Below, one piece after another: positions 54,938-64,000 of a DNA stretch of 64,000 bases. Source of the DNA: Octopus vulgaris (Eukaryota); the NCBI GenBank assembly GCA_951406725.2, contig OX597824.1:496001-560000 (forward strand). Direction: 5' to 3'. The notes beneath the pieces were generated by a model, which saw only the letters and a program-made list of their open reading frames with translations, did not search any database and had not been told where the DNA came from. Every line of letters begins with the position of its first letter. Positions within the stretch are counted from its first letter, which is position 1. Made by a program: the position numbers and the translations under genes.

Positions 54938-55025
54938 TAGCTTACTGTAATGCTATCTTTTCATCAACTCATCAGCTTGATTAATGTAAATGAATATAAA
55001 AACTAAGGCAACATTAAAAACTTAC

Positions 55026-55078
55026 TTGATAAGAATACATTCTGAGAAATAATTCAACTTGACTTGCAGAATAGACAC
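55026..55078 (-). CDS. UTP25: UTP25 exon (VYSASQVELFLRMYSYQ)
   Basis: QxELF...YQ|D motif; phases match. Confidence 0.85.
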
Positions 55079-55794
55079 CTTGTGGGGGGAAAAAAACAAA
55101 GAAGAACAATTTGTGGAGATTTCGAGTTAGCTGATAAAAATAATAAAGAAGCTTTTCAAGAACACAGAAAATAGATAAACTTTGGAAATGGAATTTCACC
55201 AAGTAAAGGAATCTAACAATTGCAATATTGACTAATTTTTGTTGGGTGTTTATTGATAACCCTTCAACCTGCAGATTACTAAATCATGTTTAATAGTTAA
55301 TTATCCACATTGTTCTTTAATTGATCATGTATTATGATGTAGCTTTGAGATTTTGACGATGTGGTCATATAATTTTTCAACAACATTGTGGAGTAGGTGT
55401 GAGAGGTTGGATAAGACTGCTAAAGGGTTAAGGGAAGCATGCGCTATACGGTTTGACAAAATTCTTCTAAGTACTGAAGTTTGTTAGGTGGGTGGGCTGT
55501 GAAGTAAAGGGAAAAGACACAGAGTTACAATGAGAGAGAAAATAACCAAATCTCCCTCAAACCATCATACTCTTCTATCTTTAAAACAAAAAAACAAATA
55601 TCTGATAATGCAGTCCTAAATGTATGAAGAGATGAAATGGTCAGATATGGAATACTTAGGACCATAAGGACTCAATCACTGACCTTTGCCTAAACAATAA
55701 TTATTGTTTTTACCTTCACATCAAGATACTATATATATACATATCTACATTTGTATACAAGATATTGAACTATTAAGAGACATGTAAAAATTAC

Positions 55795-55852
55795 CTTTTT
55801 CATCATCAGTGACCAAAGACTTTAGATTTTCAATAGGAATGCGCTTCTTTAT
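55795..55852 (-). CDS. UTP25: UTP25 exon (IKKRIPIENLKSLVTDDEK)
   Basis: ttcag/gtaatt borders, open frame, phases match neighbours; weak homology evidence. Confidence 0.72.
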
Positions 55853-57309
55853 CTGAAATGATACATGTTCACTACGTAGAGATTATATCTTGAGAAAGAA
55901 CCCTGTCGCACGTGCGTGTGCATACCATGTCAAAGCAGACAGCAGAGCTTGGTGAAGTCTTCTGAGTTGCCAGTTCCTGTAGAACCATCCAACCAACACC
56001 ACAAATGAAAATGGAGGTTAAATGATGAGGCGTTTGTAATTCCCCCACTTTGGCTGTTTCTACACAATGACTCTTTGGTGATGTTTGCATGGATTCTTCT
56101 AACATGAACGCATGCCTGCGATTCTTGACTTGTTGCTGATTTTTGTAACCAAAGAGACCATTCCTACAGAATCATCTATTTCCAGTTCTAGGCACATAAA
56201 ACTCTGGCTGTCTGCTGTTCAATAGACTCGAAGATTATTGACTGACTCGTTGGAAACAAGATAGATTTAGCAACAGAAAGGGATTGCAGCTTAACAAACT
56301 CTGTTCCAAATGACCCATGACCCAAGCATGGTGAAGTAGATGTTAAAGCAACAATGACGAAACAGCCAGACAATTAGGTGTCCAAGTGTGACCAATGCTC
56401 CATTTCCAGGGAAAGTAAATAATTATTTCATACACGTTTCTGTTAGTTTTATTTTGCTTTATAAGTTTGATGGATATCCATTTGCAGCAGTGTGCACCAC
56501 ACAAACAAGGTGCAAGAATAAATAAAAAACAACAACACAAAGACAAAGTTAAAAAAACAAACAAAAGAGTGTATTAGGCTTCTCATCATTTAACACTCAC
56601 TTTTTCATACTTGTCAGAGTCAGATCATTTAAGGCAGATTTTCCACAGCCAGATGCTCTTCCAGCCACCAACCTCCACTAGTTTTCAACAACACATTTGC
56701 ACAGAATATTGGATATGACTGTCACTGCTTGTATAACAACGAAATCCTGTAACATCTATCATGCGATGCCAAGACAAAGAGATACAAAAGCACATATCAC
56801 ACACACGATTGGCTTCTTTCAGTTTCCATTTACCAAATCCACTCACAAGGCTTTGGCCAGCCCAGGTCTATAGTTGAAAATACTTGCCCAAATTGCCAGG
56901 CAGCAGGACTGAATCTGGAATCATGTGGTCGGGAAGCAAGCTTCTTATCACACAGCCAGGCCCGTGCCTCCTCATCTCGGCATCATGAACCAGTATTGTA
57001 AAAGTGGCATCATTGGTTTCCAGAGTTCCATGAAAACATGTCCAGTTCTGAGGAAATATTAGTTTGCTTGGAAACAAACCAACTGAGGGTCGGTAGCAGT
57101 AAAGGAATCTGACTATAAAAATCCTACCTCAATGAATTCCGCTTGATTCGCATGAGCTTGGAAAATGGACATCAAGACAATGACGATGAACCAGCATTAG
57201 TTTAGACTTCAAATATATGTTTAGGCTCAAACAACAACAACAACAATAAACAAACCAAAACTGCATTGTTTAAAAAAAAAAAAAGGAATTAATGTGTGAT
57301 AACACTTAC

Positions 57310-57402
57310 ATGTAGATCATCAAACGATACTTTGGAAGGTTTTGGGACATTAGCCTTTAAATTATCACAATTCCAAACATGTAAACATTTCCCTATGTCA
57401 GT
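57310..57402 (-). CDS. UTP25: UTP25 exon (TDIGKCLHVW...SFDDLH)
   Basis: ttcag/gtaagt borders, 93 bp phase 0/0 open frame. Confidence 0.72.
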
Positions 57403-58088
57403 CTGAAATAGTTAAGAAACAATAATACAAAATTCCACAAGGAGAAACAGAAATATTTACAGCATTACATAAATTATTTTTCACCATATCTTTACATTTA
57501 CCATTCCCAACAAGATTCCACAAATTCATATACGTCCATAGATAGAGAGACAGACAGACAAGTGATGCATCATGGGTAATGATTTTGATGTACTTGTGTA
57601 TATTATCATGATTGTAAAATATGTCCTTTAAGTTTTAAGAAACCCATAGCTCCTTTGGTATGAACCTGTTTGAGACTGCCCTTGGTTTAATGATATAAAT
57701 TTCCTATTACACAGTAATTTTAATTAAAATTCCCATCAATACGTTGTGTGAAGTTAGGTTTCAAACACCAGGTTAATAAATAGTAAAATTATTCTACTGA
57801 ATTCAATATTTTCAAAATTAACAAAAGTACTGTATTTCAACAGAAATATGGAAACAAAAGGGTTAAAGAGTGGTTGGCGCTTAACTCTGGTTTCACAGCA
57901 CCAAACAGGTAAGAGACGAATCTCTTCTGAACAGGATACCAATCTGTCCAGTCTATGATACAAGTCACATCATCATTTAGCATCTACTTTTCCATGTTTG
58001 CATTGTCCAGAAAGAATTTGTTGAGGCAAAGTTTTCTATGGCCAGAAACCCTTCCTATTGTCAACCCTCACCGGTTTTCAAGCAAGTA

Positions 58089-59261
58089 AAGTTTGCGAGT
58101 TTGGATATGTTGAGATGATTTTATCATGGCACCAGTACTAGAGCCATGTCTTTGACTATACTACTTCCTCTCTTGACTCTGTTAGTTCAAGGTTGTGAGA
58201 CGAAGAGGAGATGGCAGCGAGAAGAGAGAGTGATGTCAGCTGGACCAAGATGTGTGCACACACGTGCACAGTTAAAAAAAAATTGCTTTTGATGAACTTT
58301 TTTTTTCTTTTCGTGTGAGTGGTTAAATATGTTTTTTGCAGAATATTGGAAATGAATGACACATGTATGACAGTGATAAATATTATCCTGCTTGGAAACA
58401 GGAAGGACATCCATCTGTAGAAAATCTGCCTCAGCAAGTTCCACTTGACCCATGCAACCTTTTAAAAGTGGATATTAAAATGATGATGATGATGATGCTG
58501 TGAGGAGAAACAGTCTAATAGTTCACATAGAAACCTTCTCAGATAGAAACTATGTAGTTTGCAGTTTTCAGTTCCGTTCCTTTATTCTATAAGCCCAGAT
58601 TCTGTTGAAGTTGCTTTTCGTGTCCTTTAATTTTTCGTTTTGCTATGGTTCAATCAGTGGAGAAAGGGGAGTGTCCATGCGATTTTTGAAAGGTCTCCAA
58701 GACAGGTGGGGAGGTCTAATTTAATTTCCTAAAATGGTGGGAAACTCCATTCAGGGCACTAAAAAGCCAGATAGCAGTGTTAAATTAAGTGATGATTAAA
58801 TCTATACCACTGATAAATATCTGATAGGTTCTCACACATTTTCTGATAACCAAATTCCATTCCAAGGGCTTGAGTTGACTTCGGATTATGGTAGAAGCCA
58901 TTTTACCCAAAGCACTGCACTGTGAGAACCCAGATCTCTTTTATTAAAAACAAACTTCTTTCCTACACAGCTATCTCTGCACCTGAAGGAGGTAATAAAA
59001 TTAATACCATCCATGTACCAAGTTAAATCAATTAGGCCGAGTTTTCCCTTAAAAGCAAGAAAAGAAAAAAAAAAAACTTCATTAAAAGCAACTTTTTTTT
59101 AACTGTGCACACATCTTGGTCCAGCTGACATCACTCTCTCTTCTCGCTGCCATCTCCTCTTCATCTCACAGAGTCAAGAGAGGAAGTAGTATAGTCAAAG
59201 ACATAACTCTAGTATTGGTGCCATGATAAAATCATCTCAACATATCCAAACTCGCAAACTT
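58089..59261. repeat. Inverted duplication of ~200-220 bp (58089-~58310 vs ~59060-59261)
   Basis: AAGTTTGCGAGTTTGGATATG... and ...CATATCCAAACTCGCAAACTT, high identity with a few indels. Confidence 0.9.
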
Positions 59262-59691
59262 CGAGATAAGATTTTGGTACAAACCACTGTCTGTTACCTC
59301 TGGCACTGTTTTTAACGGCCATGTCCATGCGGCCCTCAGAGCAATGTTGTTGCTGACTGTTTAGCCCCCAGATCAAGCTAGCCTGAGCAGATCTACAAAC
59401 AATTTCCAGTTATGATCATCACCACATCATATTTTTAGACATTATTCAACACATCCTTCCATGATTTTCAGAATGAGATTTGGTTGCCATCTCTAGCCTG
59501 TCAAGTTGCTATGTGGCAGCCACAGAGCAACATAGTTTATTATTGTTAAACTGTGACAACATGTAATTAAAAATAAAAAAAGGGGTTAACTATAGGGGAC
59601 AAATAACTCACCCCGGGAAAATTACGGAAACCACTGACACAAGAACTTGTAGCTAAGATATGTGCCCCATGGAAGATAGAAATAACATTAC

Positions 59692-59783
59692 CCGTACAGT
59701 CTTCTTCTGCCAACCTTCACCAGCTTCTAATTTTTTAACAGAGGACTCTGGTATTAACTGTTCAAAGTGAACAATAAATGGAT
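59692..59783 (-). CDS. UTP25: UTP25 exon (DPFIVHFEQLIPE...)
   Basis: DPFxxHF motif typical of UTP25; canonical sites. Confidence 0.85.
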
Positions 59784-60963
59784 CTAGACAGAAAAAAGAA
59801 AAGCATTTTAACATCAAATCTTGTTTAAAATAAGTATGGACTAAAAGATTAGGTTACTATGTTGTTTATTATTAATTCTTATTCATCCATTAAACTTTAG
59901 GCACATTTATTATTTACTGAAATGCAAAGCTATGGAGCTAAGAAATCTGCTTCCCAACCACATGGTTTTGGGTTCAGTCCCACCAAGTGGTGCCATAGGC
60001 AAGTTTCCTGTACGAAAGCCCTGGGCCATCCAAAGGCTTGAGCGGATAGATTTTGTTGGCTGGAACGGAGAGAAACCTGTCGTGAGTGTGGGTGTGTGGA
60101 TGCATTTGTACCTCCTTGTCTTGACATTGAGTGATAGCTGTAAACAAGAGTCACTACCACACAAGCAGTGTCGTTTGTTTTTAATCTTCCATGGAAACAT
60201 ATCTGGCCTTGGGGAAATGTTACCTTAGAAACAAATTTTATTCTAGGTGTTGCTTCCCAATCATGTGGTCTTGGGTTCAGTTCTAATACAGAGCACCTTG
60301 CACAAGCATCTTTCATTACAGCCCCAGGCTGACCGAAACTATAAAGAAGCCTGCTGTGGCCAGGCTGGAGCACCATCTCAAAGGGTGTTAGTCGAAGAAA
60401 TCAACTCCAGAACTTATTCTATTGGTCTGTTTTGACGAACCACTAAGTTACGGACATAAGCACACCAGTATTAGCTGTCAAGCGATGGCAGGACACGCAC
60501 ATGCAAACACATACACACATGACAGGCTTCTTCCAGTTTCCATCTATCAAATCCACTTACAAGACTTTGGCCAAGCTGAGGCTATTGTAGAAGACACATG
60601 CCCAAGGTGCCACAGAGTGGGACTGAGCCTGGAACCATTTGGTTGATAAGCAACCTTCTTACCACACAGCCTATATATATATATATGTGTGTGTGTGCAT
60701 TTGTGTCTGTTTTTGTCCCACATTATGGCTTGACAGTTGGTGTTGGTTTGGTTATGTCCCCATAACCTCTCAATTTTGCAAAAGAGAGCAATAAAACAAA
60801 TACCAGGCTTAAAAATAAGTAACTGAGGCCGATTTGTTTGACTGAAACCCTCCAAAGCATTGCTCCAGCATGGCCACAGTTGAAAGACTGAAACAATAGA
60901 TAAAAAAACATGTGTGCCCAATGAGAGGAGTTAAAGAAGCACCAGCAGAAAGCAACCTCCTAC

Positions 60964-62105
60964 CTTTCCCACCTGGGGTCACGTCAGGCATGGCTGGGTC
61001 TTCCAAATTGTTAGCCGGGTCATCACAGTCAGAATCATTTTCTGATGCACAGGAGTCATCGCTGCCATCACTTTCGGCCAAGACATCATCATCAGCATCA
61101 TCACTATTTACATCTGTGTCATTTTCATCCTCTTCTGCACCACTGTCATCTTTTCCCTCCTCCTCCCCATCTGCCTCAACACTGCCAGCTTCTTCCTCCA
61201 CTTCCCCGTCCTCATCTCCCTCAACACTACCAGCTTCCTCATCTGCTGTATCACCACCAGCCTCTTCTTCCTCATCTGCCACATCACTACCAGCTTCTTC
61301 CTCCTCTGCTGTATCACCACTAGCCTCTTCCTCCTCATCAGCCACATCACTACCAGCCTCTTCCTCATCTGCTACATCACTTCCAGCTTCTTCCTCATCT
61401 GCCACATCACTACCAGCCTCTTCCTCCTCATCAGCCACATCACTACCAGCCTCTTCCTCCTCATCAGCCACATCACTACCAGCCTCTTCCTCCTCATCAG
61501 CCACATCACTACCAGCCTCTTCCTCCTCATCAGCCACATCACTACCAGCCTCTTCCTCCTCATCAGCCACATCACTACCAGCCTCTTCCTCCTCATCAGC
61601 CACATCACTACCAGCCTCTTCCTCATCTGCTACATCACTTCCAGCTTCTTCCTCCTCATCACTACCAGCCTCTCCCTCCTCCCCTTCTTCCTCATCTGCC
61701 ACATCACTACCAACTTCTTCATCCTCTTCTTCCTCATCTGCCACATCACTACCAACTTCCTCCTCCTCTCCTACCACATCACTACCAGCTTCCTCCTCCC
61801 CTGCTACATCACTTCCAGCCTCTTCCTCCTCCCCTTCTTCATCAGCCACATCACTACCAACTTCCTCCTCCCTTCCTCATCTGCCACATCACTACCAGCT
61901 TCTTCATCCTCATCTGCCACATCACTACCAACTTCTTCATCCTCTTCTTCCTCATCTACCACATCACTACCAACTTCCTCCTCTTCTCCTACCACATCAC
62001 TACCAGATTCTTCATCTGCATCCTCCTCTGCCTCTCCACTATCATCATGCTCTTCTGCTTCTTCATCCTCTGGCTCTGAATCCTCTTCAGTTTCCCCATC
62101 AGAAT
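60964..62105 (-). CDS. UTP25: UTP25 acidic repeat exon (~380 codons, EEEEAGSDVAD repeats) with an apparent 1-nt frameshift near 61870
   Basis: Acceptor ttttag at 62106, donor AAG|gtagga at 60963. ORFs 61804..61995 and 60809..61849 encode the same repeat in different frames. Confidence 0.8.
61230..62005 (-). repeat. Coding minisatellite, ~30-33 bp unit (GAG GAG GAA GAG GCT GGT AGT GAT GTG GCT GAT)
   Basis: About 20 units; the central block (~61405-61625) consists of identical 33-mers. Confidence 0.95.
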
Positions 62106-62612
62106 CTAAAAAAAAGAAAAAGAAAAAAGACCATCAAAACCTGCAAAAATAAAGATTTCTGATGCACAAGGCACGGGTGTGGCTGTGTGGTTAAGAACTT
62201 AGCTTCCTAACCACATGGCATTTGGATTCAAACTTACCTGGCACCTTGGGCAAGTCTCTTGTCCTACAACCCCAGGAAAACAAAGCCTCGAGTGGATTTA
62301 GTTCACAGAAACTGAAAGATGCTCACCACACAAATTTTATATATATATATATAATTATACATACATACATACAACCCTTGATTCAATAGCACTAAGTATA
62401 AACTGTATACTTGGAATGACCAATTTTAAATACTATTAGATTTTACTCATAAGGTATTGGAATCTTATATGTATACCATTCTGCCTAAAAAAATGGATCT
62501 ACAAATGCAATATCCCTACATATGTCACATCTATTTTCTTTTATTTCCTCCACCTCACTCTCTATTTTATATCTTATCCAAATAAACTATTTCTTAACCA
62601 TCCTCTCACACC

Positions 62613-62660
62613 GTCTCTGATGAAGGGATATAATAAATATCCTGGAAACGGCTGTAAGAC
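62613..62660 (+). ncRNA. Minimal type I hammerhead ribozyme motif
   Basis: GUCU-CUGAUGA-A-GGGAUAU(aauaa)AUAUCCU-G-GAAAC-GGCU-GUA-AGAC. Confidence 0.75.
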
Positions 62661-63775
62661 CATCTACCTATAAATGTTCTAAAATCTACACAGCCTTGGT
62701 TTTTTTATCTCATTACAAAAAAATTTATACATACATACATGCATATATATATATATATATAGTTGTTATTATGCAAAAGTGTCCTAAGTTCAAAACGTTG
62801 CTTTTTCAAAAGACGAAACAATAGTTTCACCATTCCGTTTCTTTTTACATTAGCAACAATTTCAGCTGAACTTTGTTGGGGGCATAAAATCGTAACTCCA
62901 TGCATGAATGATATTTTCAGCCAGAAATATTTTTGCAAAACTGTCATATGTGGGACTTACTACACTCTTGAAAAATGCTAAACTGTTGCACTACACTTTG
63001 ACAACTTTTGATATCTTGGCATCTGAAGCAGCCAGAGATACAATAGTTTGACCAAAAGAAGCAGCTATTGCAAGCAAAATTAAATATCAACTCACTCCCT
63101 CCCCAAAACTTGCTGGCCTTGGGTCAAAAATTTGCTTCAACAAACTCTGTCTGACCCACACAAGAATGGAAGTTGATGACACAATATACACAGAAATATC
63201 ATCAGTATCACAATAATGTGTTTCCATGCTGACACAGGTAAGACAGGCAAGGCAGCATCCAACAGGTCCAAGAACACCATCGTTTCTACAACCAGATGCC
63301 CTTCCTAGAGCCAACAACCTTACAGAATGGACTGGGGGCTTCTTTTTTTTTTTTTGTAATACCGGTACTACCCAAGTCGCCATGCAACTTGTAAGACGAC
63401 GATCCCCTTTGCACTGAGTAAAGGAGAAGGTGGGTCTACACTAAGAGATGAGGAGTCATTATGCAAGAGAAAGAGGGCCAGAACAGATTTCTTTTTGTAG
63501 AGGAACTGGGAAGGGCTGGAAGGAGATAAAATAGTAATAGTGAGGTTGGGGGGGGTGAAAGGTTTTATACTTCATAAATAGGAATTCCAAGGAATCATTA
63601 CCAACATGTGCTTAAAAGAAATCACACATAGCACCTGGAAATTAATAGTTGTTGGCATAAATACAACATTATGCAAAATTGGTTTTATAGTTCTATATTT
63701 CAGAGATGAGAAATTATGCACATTATTTATATTATTTACATTTGACGGATATTTGTCCTCATCTTATTTGGTGTT

Positions 63776-63821
63776 AACACAACGTTTCGGCTGATATACC
63801 CTCCAGCCTTCATCAGGTGTC
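63776..63821 (-). ncRNA. Minimal type I hammerhead ribozyme motif (intact core)
   Basis: GACAC-CUGAUGA-A-GGCUG(loop)CAGCC-GAAACGUU-GUGUU: helix I, core, helix II, palindromic ACGU helix III, GUU triplet. Confidence 0.8.
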
Positions 63822-64000
63822 TTGGGGAAATTTTGAACCTGGGTTCTCATTCCTAAGGTATTTTTCAATGTTACTGTTATTATTATTATTAATCTAATAT
63901 TTTTCCTATCCTTTCTTAATACTGATTCCCATAGATTTATAAACCCCACAAAATTCACTCCATAATTGCTCACGGGCATACGGCGTAGTGGTTAAGAGTG

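Noticed and set aside
61230-62005. Regular ~33-bp repeats resembling a CRISPR array
   Set aside because: No unique spacers, no cas genes, eukaryotic coding minisatellite.
60912-62162. 416-aa Ser-rich plus-strand ORF
   Set aside because: Antisense shadow of the UTP25 acidic repeat exon; it changes composition at the same frameshift.

Overview
AT-rich, microsatellite- and repeat-dense eukaryotic DNA; the spliced genes and repeat families suggest an octopus/coleoid genome (inference). Four protein-coding genes were reconstructed by hand with phase-consistent splice sites. (1) The 5' part of an angel/ANGEL2-like EEP phosphatase on the minus strand (3 exons, continues left of the window). (2) An intronless CDPF1, head-to-head with angel. 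(3) A complete 4-exon NPC2-like ML-domain gene (149 aa). (4) Most of UTP25/DIEXF on the minus strand (16 exons; the N-terminal exons lie right of the window). Introns hold a decayed RTE-clade LINE, mariner/Tc1 and piggyBac remnants, several SINE families and a tRNA-Lys pseudogene. The most notable signals are minimal hammerhead-ribozyme motifs from at least three repeat families (one linked to a tRNA-like Pol III head), a U12-type intron in UTP25, a ~380-codon acidic tandem-repeat exon with a 1-nt frameshift, a duplicated splice acceptor, long intronic hairpins, and MTS-like and SIM motifs in the Angel N-terminus.
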